Below, in pieces: positions 13,010 to 22,194 of a stretch of 64,000 bases of DNA. Position numbers and translations under genes: made by a program. Within the stretch, counting starts at the first letter, position 1. Each line of letters starts with the position of its first letter. This DNA is from an uncultured Pelagibacteraceae bacterium (GTDB lineage Bacteria; Pseudomonadota; Alphaproteobacteria; Pelagibacterales; Pelagibacteraceae). The notes under the pieces are model-generated. The model did no database searches. It saw only the letters and a program-made list of their open reading frames with translations, and had not been told where the DNA came from. The stretch lies in NCBI GenBank assembly GCA_902570715.1, contig CACFZB010000001.1, positions 5,615 through 69,614 of the forward strand, read 5' to 3'.

Positions 13010-13880
13010 CTAGATCTACTTCCTGACTAATAATAGCATGTTCTTTTGCTCTTTGATGAGCCTCTATTTCTTTAAAATAAACTAATATCAAATCAAATAT
13101 AGAAATAATTGTGTGATAAATTTTTTCAAAATTATTGACGTAAACCTTTCCTGATCTTTCATAATTCTCCATGTTACCTTTTTGTAAAATTTTTCTTCCA
13201 ATTTGTCTGTAAATTCTTCTAGCAACAATTATTGAAAATTTACATATAAATGGGATTTTCTGTATAGAACTAAATGAGCTCTCATAAAACATTTCTGCAA
13301 GTTTTAGGGTAGCTTTAATATTTTCAAAGTCTGGCTTGATATACTCTCTATTCATTTTTTTGTCCTCAACCACATCTCTAGCGATGTTGGTTAATTGCAT
13401 TGCTATACCCAAATCAATTGCTCCTTTTAAAGCTCTTCTATCCTTCACCATTAGAATTTTGGACATCATTAAACCGACTGTCCCAGCGACTCTATAAGAG
13501 TAAACTAATAAGTCTTTAACTGATCTAATATGAATTTTTTTTCTTAAATCTGAGGCAACACCATCGACTAAGTCCTCTAAAATTATTTTTTTTATATTGT
13601 TATTTTTTGCAAGAGTGATTACATCATAAATAATTTTTTCATTTTCGTTAGATGAATATATTTCTTTGTTATCTGTATCATAAGATTTTTTTAGAAAATT
13701 TCTCATTTCATCAAATCTTTTAATTTTACTGTCCAAATCAGTTTTTTCGTCTGCTATATCATCTAGGACTCTGCAAAATGCATAAAGTTTAGCAGAATCC
13801 TCATAAATTTTTTTTGGTAAAAAAAAACCTGCCCAATTAAATGATTTAGCAAAAATAGCTAGATAGTTTTTTTTATTCAT
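12996..13880 (-). CDS. crtB: Phytoene synthase
   Basis: AKSF, YAFCRVLDDIAD, YRVAGTVG, LGIAMQLTNIARDVVED. Confidence 0.94.
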   Translation of the reverse strand: MNKKNYLAIFAKSFNWAGFFLPKKIYEDSAKLYAFCRVLDDIADEKTDLDSKIKRFDEMRNFLKKSYDTDNKEIYSSNENEKIIYDVITLAKNNNIKKIILEDLVDGVASDLRKKIHIRSVKDLLVYSYRVAGTVGLMMSKILMVKDRRALKGAIDLGIAMQLTNIARDVVEDKKMNREYIKPDFENIKATLKLAEMFYESSFSSIQKIPFICKFSIIVARRIYRQIGRKILQKGNMENYERSGKVYVNNFEKIYHTIISIFDLILVYFKEIEAHQRAKEHAIISQEVDLDERI

Positions 13881-15340
13881 TAAATTATCTTATCTAATAC
13901 TTTAGCTGAGGACAAAACACCTGGTACGCCAGCACCAGGATGTGTTCCTGCTCCAACAAAATATAAACCATCATAAACTTCTGATTTATTGTGAAATCTA
14001 AAATAAGCAGATTGTGAAAATTTTGGTTGGATAGAAAAACCTGAACCATGTTTAGTATTTAAATCTTTTTCAAAATAATCTGGAGTTAAATAAAAATCCT
14101 CGACAATATTTTCTTTTAGATTGGGCATCAAATCTTTTTGCATTTTATCAATTACTAAATTTTTCATTTTTTCTCCCTCTACCGACCAATCAATATTCGA
14201 TTGATTATTTGGTACTGGTACAAGAACGTAAAAACAATCGTTTCCTTTAGGAGCCATAGATTCATCTGTTGAAGATGGTCTGTGAAGATAATAGCTAATA
14301 TCATCATTTAACTTTTTGTTATTGAATATGTCATCTAGATGTTCTTTATATTTATTACCAAATTTAATCGTATGATGTTCTACATTTTTGTATTTTTTTT
14401 TAGTACCAAAATAATAAACAAATAATCCCATTGAATATTCCATTCGATTTTTTTTCCATTTAAATAGAAATGAATTAATTTTATTTCCATTTAACATTTT
14501 TTCATAAACTGCAGGTGGATCTGCATTACAAATGACATTATTAGAGTTTAGGATAGTTTGGTCATTTAGTTGAACACCAGTAATTTTTTTTTTATCTGAA
14601 ATAATTTTTATAACTTCATAACCTTTGATTACTTTTATTCCTTCTTCATTCATAAGTTTTTCAAATCCTTTTATTATGTTTCCGGTTCCCCCCATTGAAT
14701 AATGAATACCCCATTTTTTTTCTAAGTATAAAATAAGTCCATAAATCGAAGTTGTAGTGAAAGGATTTCCACCAACGAGCAATGGGTGCATACTGAACAT
14801 TCTTCTTAATTTTTCATTTTTTACATATGATGAAACTAACGAATAAACTGATTTGTAACTTTTAAGCTTTAAGAGAGCTGGCAATTGTTGCATCATTACA
14901 AATGGTTTATCAAATGGAACGTCAGCCAGTTCAGTAAAACCTTTATCAAATATTTTTTTTGTAAAATTTACTAATTTTTCGTAGCCTTTTACATCATCTT
15001 TACTTATTTTCTCAATTTGTCTTTTCATTTCGCTCTCATCCCCTGAGTAATTAAATTTGGTTTTATCTTCAAATATAAATTGATACCAAATCTTAAGTGG
15101 AGAAAGTTCTATATAATCTTTTGGATTTTTTTTAAATAATTCGAATAACTCATTAATTAAGTAGGGGGCAGTAATTACAGTTGGCCCACCATCATAAATA
15201 AAACCATTTTTTTTAAATACCCTGGCTCTTCCTCCAAGATCTGGGTGTTTTTCAATTAAAGTCACATCATGACCTTTTGCTTTCAAGCGTAGTGCAGCAG
15301 CTATTCCTCCAAAACCAGAGCCAATTACAACAGAATTCAT
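13880..15340 (-). CDS. crtI: Phytoene desaturase
   Basis: VIGSGFGG, LGGRA, DGGPTVIT, QSAYFRFHN, GAGTHPGAGVPGV. Confidence 0.96.
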   Translation of the reverse strand: MNSVVIGSGFGGIAAALRLKAKGHDVTLIEKHPDLGGRARVFKKNGFIYDGGPTVITAPYLINELFELFKKNPKDYIELSPLKIWYQFIFEDKTKFNYSGDESEMKRQIEKISKDDVKGYEKLVNFTKKIFDKGFTELADVPFDKPFVMMQQLPALLKLKSYKSVYSLVSSYVKNEKLRRMFSMHPLLVGGNPFTTTSIYGLILYLEKKWGIHYSMGGTGNIIKGFEKLMNEEGIKVIKGYEVIKIISDKKKITGVQLNDQTILNSNNVICNADPPAVYEKMLNGNKINSFLFKWKKNRMEYSMGLFVYYFGTKKKYKNVEHHTIKFGNKYKEHLDDIFNNKKLNDDISYYLHRPSSTDESMAPKGNDCFYVLVPVPNNQSNIDWSVEGEKMKNLVIDKMQKDLMPNLKENIVEDFYLTPDYFEKDLNTKHGSGFSIQPKFSQSAYFRFHNKSEVYDGLYFVGAGTHPGAGVPGVLSSAKVLDKII

Positions 15341-15379
15341 TGTGATAATTTATAGTTTTTTTTTGAAATTGTAAGAGGA

Positions 15380-15877
15380 TTATGAGTTAATTTTTTTTAA
15401 CTCTTCTTTAGTTTCATCCAAATTTTTTTGAAACAAGGTGTCTAGTTTAGATTTATCTACCGAAGTAGTGATAATTTTTTTGACAGAGTCCACAGCAATC
15501 TTAACTGATGCATTTTTTATCTCCTTAATCGCTGTATCTTTCATTTGCGCAATTTTATTTTCTGCAGAATTTTTTTTGATTTCAGAGGATTTGTGAAATT
15601 TGTCATTTAATTCTATAATTAATCTATCACTATCTTTTTTTGCTTGTTCCAAAATTTCATTACTGACAGATTGCGCGGTGTCGAGTTTTTTTTGAGCTTT
15701 GTCTAGCAGCATCTTTGCCTCAGACCGCAATTTTTCACTTTCATTAATTTCATTCTTAATATCTAAAATAAGCTTATTAAGGATTTCATTTATTTTTTGA
15801 GGAACTTTTAAATAAATTAAGCCTCCAAAAAATATAAAAAATGAAACTGCCACCCAGAAAGTTGAATCAATTGTCAT
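15380..15877 (-). CDS. atpF: ATP synthase F0 subunit b
   Basis: MTIDSTFWVAVSFFIF N-terminal TM then coiled coil; ATG 15877 preferred; position in atp cluster. Confidence 0.88.
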   Translation of the reverse strand: MTIDSTFWVAVSFFIFFGGLIYLKVPQKINEILNKLILDIKNEINESEKLRSEAKMLLDKAQKKLDTAQSVSNEILEQAKKDSDRLIIELNDKFHKSSEIKKNSAENKIAQMKDTAIKEIKNASVKIAVDSVKKIITTSVDKSKLDTLFQKNLDETKEELKKINS

Positions 15878-16457
15878 AGTATTTACCTTCATTTTTTTTT
15901 GAGAGATCGTTAACAATTGCTGATATGCTGCTATTATTGATTTCAGTACCTATTAAGGTTTTTAATATCTCAGAAGAAGTTTCAATTGCAATTTTATTAA
16001 TTTTTTCTGGAGCTTTTTTTTTAAGATCATTTATCTCTCTTTCAGCCTTTTTTATTTCTTCATCTATTTGCTTTTCTAAAATTTCTCTTTTAGAGCTAAT
16101 ATCTTTAAGAGTTTTTTCCCTTGCCTCTTTAAAAATATTTTTTGCTTTGGATTTACTGTTTAAAATTATTTCTTCATATTCTCTTAGTTTAGTCTCACTA
16201 TCTTCTCTTTGTTTCTCTGCAGCCTCAATATTTTCTTGTATTTGTGATTTTCTTAATTCCAAATTATTACTTATTTTTGGAAGAATTAGTTTTGATAAAA
16301 CTATATACAAAATACCAAAAGTAAGTGTAAGCCAAAATATTTGAGAAACCCAAAATTCAGGATTTAATTGAGGCATACCTTCGCTTTCAGCTCCAAAAAC
16401 TTCTCCTATAAAAAAGAAATTAAAAAATATTAACTGAAAAAATATTTTTTTAATCAT
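15867..16457 (-). CDS. atpF2: ATP synthase F0 subunit b'
   Basis: GMPQLNPEFWVSQIFWL typical of alphaproteobacterial b'. Confidence 0.88.
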   Translation of the reverse strand: MIKKIFFQLIFFNFFFIGEVFGAESEGMPQLNPEFWVSQIFWLTLTFGILYIVLSKLILPKISNNLELRKSQIQENIEAAEKQREDSETKLREYEEIILNSKSKAKNIFKEAREKTLKDISSKREILEKQIDEEIKKAEREINDLKKKAPEKINKIAIETSSEILKTLIGTEINNSSISAIVNDLSKKNEGKYYDN

Positions 16458-16462
16458 CAAAT

Positions 16463-16690
16463 CTAAAATGCAAAAAGAATGATTAACGCAACTACTAACC
16501 CGAATAATCCAGTTGCTTCTGCAAGTGCAAAACCCAAAAGCAAATTAGGAAATTGTTTTTGTGCAGCTGATGGATTTCTCATTGCACCTGATAGATAGTT
16601 ACCAAAAATTATTCCGATACCAACTCCGGCACCAGCAAGAGCTATTGCCGCAAGACCTGCTCCGATCATTTTTGCTGCTTCTAATTCCAT
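16463..16690 (-). CDS. atpE: ATP synthase F0 subunit c
   Basis: GxGxGxG helix, RNP loop, FALAEATG proton-binding Glu. Confidence 0.97.
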   Translation of the reverse strand: MELEAAKMIGAGLAAIALAGAGVGIGIIFGNYLSGAMRNPSAAQKQFPNLLLGFALAEATGLFGLVVALIILFAF

Positions 16691-16695
16691 TATAT

Positions 16696-16701
16696 CCTCC
16701 T
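16696..16701 (-). promoter_or_regulatory. Strong Shine-Dalgarno (AGGAGG) of atpE
   Basis: AGGAGG-atata-ATG; one of very few clear SD sites in the window, fitting high c-ring stoichiometry. Confidence 0.8.
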
Positions 16702-16708
16702 ATGTTAT

Positions 16709-17443
16709 TTAATGGTGTAAGTTTAATGCATCATTCAAATAGATGCAGGTTAAAATTGCAAAAACATATGCTTGAAGAAAAGCAACTAAGATCTCCAAAC
16801 CAGTTAAAGCAACCGAAAAACTCAGTGGAAGCCATCCACCGACTATTCCAAGGCTTATCACAAAGCCTCCGAAAACTTTCATCATAGTATGACCTGCCAT
16901 CATATTAGCAAAAAGTCTAACAGATAAACTTATAGGTCTACTTAAATACGAAATTATTTCAATTACCACTATCAATGGCAACAAAATTACTGGAACTCCA
17001 CTTGGTACAAATAGTTTTAAATAACCAAAACCATGTTTAATAAATCCTATTATTGTGACTCCAATAAATATAAATGCAGCAAGAACAAAAGTTACAATGA
17101 TATGACTTGTAACAGTAAAAGTATAAGGTATCATTCCAAACATGTTACAGAAAAGCACAAACATAAATAGTGAAAATATGAATGAGAAATAAGGTTTTGC
17201 TTTTGATCCAGCTGTATCACTGATCATTTTTGATACGAAAGTATAACTAAGTTCTGCCAAAAGTTGTATTTTATTTGGCAACATCGAATTTTTTTTAGAA
17301 CCTGAATTAAAAATAAGTAAAATAGCTATAGTGCTAATTACCATAAACAAACTCGCATTTGTAAATGATATATCAAAAGAACCTACTTTTATTTCTGGCC
17401 CAATTCTATAAACTTCAAATTGAGTCATTGGATTTGCTGCCAT
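16709..17443 (-). CDS. atpB: ATP synthase F0 subunit a
   Basis: SFTNAS, SRPISLSVRLFANMMAGH, LQAYVFAILT. Confidence 0.97.
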   Translation of the reverse strand: MAANPMTQFEVYRIGPEIKVGSFDISFTNASLFMVISTIAILLIFNSGSKKNSMLPNKIQLLAELSYTFVSKMISDTAGSKAKPYFSFIFSLFMFVLFCNMFGMIPYTFTVTSHIIVTFVLAAFIFIGVTIIGFIKHGFGYLKLFVPSGVPVILLPLIVVIEIISYLSRPISLSVRLFANMMAGHTMMKVFGGFVISLGIVGGWLPLSFSVALTGLEILVAFLQAYVFAILTCIYLNDALNLHH

Positions 17444-17454
17444 AACTTTTTTAT

Positions 17455-17730
17455 CTATTTTTGCATATTTTTTGCAGATTTAATTACGTTTGTGATGCCA
17501 GCAATTACTCCTACAAAAAAAAATATTAAAATTAACCAAGGTTTAGTACCAAAGGTCTTGTCTAAAATAAACCCAATAATTGTCCCGACTGCTACAGCTG
17601 AAACTAGCTCTGTGCTTAGCTTAAAAGCCGTGCCAATTGGTGATGGATTATGTTTTTTGTCATTTAAATTTCGTTTAGAAGCCTTCTTTTTTGCAATCTC
17701 TAAGCGAGTTTTGAACTGATCTTTTGACAT
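17455..17730 (-). CDS. atpI: ATP synthase protein I (AtpZ/AtpI family)
   Basis: STELVSAVAVG..IGFILDKTFGTKPW; first gene of F0 cluster. Confidence 0.88.
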   Translation of the reverse strand: MSKDQFKTRLEIAKKKASKRNLNDKKHNPSPIGTAFKLSTELVSAVAVGTIIGFILDKTFGTKPWLILIFFFVGVIAGITNVIKSAKNMQK

Positions 17731-17744
17731 TATTATATTATTGT

Positions 17745-20141
17745 TTAAGCAACCATACTTTCTGCTTTTTGTAAATCTACGGCAACTAACTGACTAATTC
17801 CTTTTTCAGGCATCGTTACCCCATAAAGTCTATTCATTTTTGACATCGTTAAAGCATGATGAGTAACAATGATAAATTTAGTATTGGTGATTTTAGTGAG
17901 TTCATCTAATAGACTACAAAATCTAGTTACATTTGCGTCATCTAGTGGAGCATCTACTTCGTCCAAAACGCATATAGGCGATGGATTAGTTAAAAAAACT
18001 GCAAAAACAAGTGATAGAGCCGTTAATGCCTGTTCGCCTCCTGATAACAAAGTAATAGATTGCAATCTTTTTCCTGGTGGACTTACTAACATTTCTAAAC
18101 CAGCTTCAAGAGGATCATCTGAGTCTACTAATTCAAGTTTAGCATTACCTCCATTAAACAGTTTTGTATAAACTTCATTAAATTTTCTATTAACTTTCTC
18201 AAATGCCTCTATTAATCTTTCTCTTCCTTTTTGATTTAATTCATTAATACTATCTTTTAATTTTATTATTGCTGTTACTAAATCAGCACGGTCTTGTTCC
18301 ATTTTTTTTATTTCAGACTCGTATTTATTTGTTTCCTCATCTGCTTTAAGATTTACTGATCCTAACTTTTCTCTTTCCTGTTTTTTCTTATCTAATAAAT
18401 CTTCTTGATTTACTGCATCTGGGAGCTCATCAACTCCAAAAAGATTTGAGTTTTCTAAAATATTTTCTTCTTTTAAATTTAATTCAGAACTAATTCTATC
18501 TATCAAATCGTTTTTTCTTTTTTTAAGACCCTCAACTGTTGCCCCCGAGCTAGCTTTTCTCTCTCTAATTTGTATAAACTGTTCCTGTATCTCATTTAAC
18601 TGAGTTCTTAATTTTTCAATTTTATCATCTGTTTCACCAATGATTTTTTCATTAATATTTTTTTCCTCTTCAGAAATTCTCAAATTTTCTGAAATTTGTC
18701 CTTTTTTTTCTGCTTGAATTTTTGGTTGATTATCTAATTTCTCTAATTGTTTATTGAATCTATTTTTTCTTTCAGATAACTCATCTACCATTTTTTCAGA
18801 GTTTGAGAGTAAATTTTTCCAACTTCCAATTTCTTGATCAATAATATTAATTCTTTCATTTCTTTTGACAGATTCTTTTTTTATATTTTGGTTTTGACTA
18901 TAACTATCTGCATATCTTTCAATACTTTCCTCAAAATCACTAAGTGCATTTATTGCTTCATTATTTTTTTGTAAAGAAATTAATTCTTTTATATTTTTAA
19001 TTTCAGTTTTTAATTTATTCTTTGATTGATTTAAATCTTCACTAGATTGTTTTTCAGTTTCATAATACTTCGAATCAATTTCTATTAATTCATTTTTTTC
19101 CTCCTTAAGCCTTTTTTCATTTGAATTTGCATCAATTATAATTCCCTTTTCTCTTGAAATATCTTCATCCAATGTTTGAAGAGATTTTTTTATATTTTCT
19201 ATCTCATCTTGTGTTCGCATATTTTCTTCATCTAGACTTTGAAGCTCAAGATTAAGCCTCTGAATTTTTGATAAATTTTCAATATTTTTTTCTCTTAGTG
19301 GTGTAACTTTTTCAGTTTCAATTTTAATAGAGGTATCTAATTCAGAAATTTTGTTATTAAATCCACTTACCTCTTCCTCTGCTTCAGTATTTATTTCATT
19401 CTCAATTCTAATTTCTTTATCTATTTCCAGTAATTTCAAATAATACAGTCCAGCTTCAACTTTTTTAATTTCATCAGAAATATTTTTGTATTTTGTTGCT
19501 TCCTCAGCTTGCTTTTGAAGATTAGCTAATTGTCTCTCTTGTTGTTTTCTTAATTCATCTGCTCTTTTTAAGTTGTTTTCTGCGGCTCCTAATCTCAATT
19601 CAGCCTCATGTCTTCGAACATGAAGACCTGAAATTCCAGCAGCTTCCTCTAAAATTGCCCTCCTATCAGTTGGTTTTGCTGTGACAAGAGCACCTATTCG
19701 CCCTTGACTTATCATTGAAGGTGAATGGGCACCTGTCGATAGATCAGCAAAAAACATTTGTGCATCCCTGGCTCGCACTTCTTTATCATTTATATAAAAT
19801 TTTGAGCCTTTATCTTTTTCAATTTTTCTTCTTATATTTATTTCACCAAGTTCTTGATAAATACTAGTTCCCTCGTTATTAACATTTTCAATTGTTACAG
19901 AAACCTCAGCTATATTTTTTGAAGCTTTGTTGGACGTTCCTGAAAAAATTACATCTTCCATTCCTGACCCACGCATACTTTTAGCTGATGTTTCTCCCAT
20001 GACCCATCTTAAAGATTCCACTATATTTGATTTTCCACATCCATTGGGTCCGACAATCCCTGTTAAACCATCTTCAATTAAGAAGTTGGTTTTATCAGCA
20101 AAAGATTTAAACCCATTTAATTGGATTTTTTTAAACTCCAT
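17745..20141 (-). CDS. smc: Chromosome segregation protein SMC, shortened (798 aa, no recognisable hinge)
   Basis: GFKSFA, GPNGCGKSN Walker A, QGRI, EEAAG, LGSVNLKADEE, PPGK, LSGGE, LDEVDAPLD, VTH. Confidence 0.92.
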   Translation of the reverse strand: MEFKKIQLNGFKSFADKTNFLIEDGLTGIVGPNGCGKSNIVESLRWVMGETSAKSMRGSGMEDVIFSGTSNKASKNIAEVSVTIENVNNEGTSIYQELGEINIRRKIEKDKGSKFYINDKEVRARDAQMFFADLSTGAHSPSMISQGRIGALVTAKPTDRRAILEEAAGISGLHVRRHEAELRLGAAENNLKRADELRKQQERQLANLQKQAEEATKYKNISDEIKKVEAGLYYLKLLEIDKEIRIENEINTEAEEEVSGFNNKISELDTSIKIETEKVTPLREKNIENLSKIQRLNLELQSLDEENMRTQDEIENIKKSLQTLDEDISREKGIIIDANSNEKRLKEEKNELIEIDSKYYETEKQSSEDLNQSKNKLKTEIKNIKELISLQKNNEAINALSDFEESIERYADSYSQNQNIKKESVKRNERINIIDQEIGSWKNLLSNSEKMVDELSERKNRFNKQLEKLDNQPKIQAEKKGQISENLRISEEEKNINEKIIGETDDKIEKLRTQLNEIQEQFIQIRERKASSGATVEGLKKRKNDLIDRISSELNLKEENILENSNLFGVDELPDAVNQEDLLDKKKQEREKLGSVNLKADEETNKYESEIKKMEQDRADLVTAIIKLKDSINELNQKGRERLIEAFEKVNRKFNEVYTKLFNGGNAKLELVDSDDPLEAGLEMLVSPPGKRLQSITLLSGGEQALTALSLVFAVFLTNPSPICVLDEVDAPLDDANVTRFCSLLDELTKITNTKFIIVTHHALTMSKMNRLYGVTMPEKGISQLVAVDLQKAESMVA

Positions 20142-20149
20142 AAATAAAG

Positions 20150-20725
20150 TTATATCAGTTTTTCTAATGATTTTTTTAAATTTTTGTAATTTATGGATTT
20201 TTCAAACTTTTTATTATTGATTATTATCGTAGGGGTAGCATTTACATTGAAATTTTTTGTGCCTTCGATTCGATCATTTAAAACATAGTCCTCAATTTCT
20301 TTATTATTGATACAATTTTCAAAATTTATCTTAAATCCAGATTTTTCTAAAAATTTTTTTAAATTATCATTTACATCATCAACAGTATTTCCTTTGACCC
20401 ACTCATTTTGCTTTAAGTATAGTTTTTCCAAAATTTTTAGACCTTGATCAATATTGCATTGAGCTATTTTTGCTGCATTAAAAGCTGCAACATCTAAAGG
20501 AAAATGTCTAAATTCTATTTTTGCTAAACCTGTATCTAAATAATCTTTTTTAAGCTTAGGATAAACATCTCTATGAAAGTTTGCACAATGACTACAAGTT
20601 AAAGATTCGTAAACGATTATTAAAATTTTTGCATCTAATTTTCCTGATATAATACGATCAGTTTCAGCATTAGCATTTATAATTGAACTAAAAAAAATAA
20701 ATACAAGTAAATAAATTTTTTTCAT
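20150..20725 (-). CDS. DsbA family thiol-disulfide oxidoreductase
   Basis: Signal peptide, ESLTCSHCANFH, RHFPLD, ATPT cis-Pro. Confidence 0.9.
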   Translation of the reverse strand: MKKIYLLVFIFFSSIINANAETDRIISGKLDAKILIIVYESLTCSHCANFHRDVYPKLKKDYLDTGLAKIEFRHFPLDVAAFNAAKIAQCNIDQGLKILEKLYLKQNEWVKGNTVDDVNDNLKKFLEKSGFKINFENCINNKEIEDYVLNDRIEGTKNFNVNATPTIIINNKKFEKSINYKNLKKSLEKLI

Positions 20726-21210
20726 TTCTCTTTAAAAACTTTTGTTAACTCTAATAAAGATTTTTTAATATTTTCATTATTAACATCACTAATCTTTTTT
20801 TGATATCTATTTTTTGTCACATTATTTTTAATAGATTTCGTATTAGAACTAATTTTTTGCTCCTCTTCAAAACTTAAAAATTTAATTTTTTCAACAATTG
20901 TCCTACCAAAGAAAATATTCATTTTATCTATGATTTCTTTTTTTGAGTATTCCAAATCTACTTCATGACCTCTTTTGACCATAATTATTAAAGTACCAAC
21001 TCCAAATTTATTTGAATTCTTAAATGATTTTGGATAACAAACTTTAAAAAGATTATCACCAACTATTAATTTCCAATTATTCAATGTTTCTGAATAAACC
21101 TGACCTCTATTATTAATTACTTTTTTAATATTTTTCGGCAAAGTGTCCTTGAAGGATCTTAAACCTTGAATGGTACCCAATCTCTGCTTAGTATTATTTT
21201 TGTATTGCAT
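20722..21210 (-). CDS. dciA: DUF721 / DciA family helicase-loading protein
   Basis: NNWKLIVG...IIDKMNIFFG..IVEKIKF pattern; mutY-DUF721-dsbA-smc context typical of Alphaproteobacteria. Confidence 0.75.
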   Translation of the reverse strand: MQYKNNTKQRLGTIQGLRSFKDTLPKNIKKVINNRGQVYSETLNNWKLIVGDNLFKVCYPKSFKNSNKFGVGTLIIMVKRGHEVDLEYSKKEIIDKMNIFFGRTIVEKIKFLSFEEEQKISSNTKSIKNNVTKNRYQKKISDVNNENIKKSLLELTKVFKEK

Positions 21211-22194
21211 ATGAAAGAAAAGATAATAACAAAAAAAATTCTTAAATGGTATGATTTAAATAAAAGATCTTTACCTTGGAGAAAAAAAGTTTCTTTTCGA
21301 AAAAAACAATATTACACATTAATAAGTGAGTTTATGCTACAACAAACTCAAGTTGCTACTGTTATTCCATTTTTTAATAGATTTATACAAAGTGCACCTA
21401 ACTTAGAAATACTCTCAAAAATTAATGAAAAAAAATTGATAAAACTTTGGGAAGGTCTTGGTTATTATTCTAGAGCAAGAAATTTAAAAAAAACAGCTCA
21501 GATGATTATTAAAAATTTTCAAGGAAATATACCTGACAATTTTGAAAACTTAACATTATTACCTGGAATTGGAAATTATACTGCAACTGCTATTTTGGCT
21601 ATTGCATTTAATAAACCTTTTATACCTTTAGATGGAAATGTTGAAAGAGTTTTAAAAAGATATCTTTATTTGAGAAAAGATTTAGAGACTCAAAAAGACA
21701 ACCTTGTGCAAAAAAAAACTATATTTGGTATCTCATCAAGATCTAGTGATTATGCTCAAGCGCTAATGGAATTGGGAGCATTAATTTGTAAACCCAATAA
21801 TCCTTTGTGCAACCAATGTCCCATCTCAAAAAACTGTAAATCTTATAAAAAGAAAGATTTTAATTTAGTGAAAAAAATAAAGATAAATAAAAATAAATAT
21901 TTTATTTTAAAGGTTTATAAAAAAAATCAAAGATATTTACTTATCAAAAATACAAAATTTAATTTTTTAAAAAATTTAACAATATTTCCTATGATTGAAT
22001 TATCTAATCCTAAAAATTTTAATGAAAATTTAAATTTTAAGATGTCTAATATGAATATGAATATTAAAATTGAATATTCAAAAGATACTCAAAAATTTCC
22101 ATTATCATACTGGTTTGATAGAAAAAAATTGAAGAATTACATGTTGCCATCATTTACAAAAAAAGTTGTTCAATATTTAGAGAAAAATAAATGA
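21211..22194 (+). CDS. mutY: A/G-specific adenine glycosylase
   Basis: RSLPWR, SEFMLQQTQV, WEGLGYYSRARN, LPGIGNYTA HhH, DGNVERV, Cx6Cx2Cx5C; ATG 21211 preferred over TTG 21166. Confidence 0.95.
   Translation: MKEKIITKKILKWYDLNKRSLPWRKKVSFRKKQYYTLISEFMLQQTQVATVIPFFNRFIQSAPNLEILSKINEKKLIKLWEGLGYYSRARNLKKTAQMIIKNFQGNIPDNFENLTLLPGIGNYTATAILAIAFNKPFIPLDGNVERVLKRYLYLRKDLETQKDNLVQKKTIFGISSRSSDYAQALMELGALICKPNNPLCNQCPISKNCKSYKKKDFNLVKKIKINKNKYFILKVYKKNQRYLLIKNTKFNFLKNLTIFPMIELSNPKNFNENLNFKMSNMNMNIKIEYSKDTQKFPLSYWFDRKKLKNYMLPSFTKKVVQYLEKNK

Noticed and set aside
10974-15340. Carotenoid/retinal cluster as a horizontally acquired island or novel pathway
   Set aside because: Composition looks like its neighbours, frames are coupled to core ispH, and the pathway is well known
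6024-20220. Antisense ORFs at 6024, 8303, 9957, 15925, 16561, 17420, 17869 and 19927
   Set aside because: Lie opposite well-identified genes; F/S/I/L-rich composition is what reverse-complemented Lys/Glu-rich codons give; no motifs
21166-21210. TTG-started 15-aa N-terminal extension of MutY
   Set aside because: Overlaps dciA head-on; MutY similarity begins near ATG 21211. The same logic was applied to the extended starts of atpF, envZ, uvrC, folB and aatA
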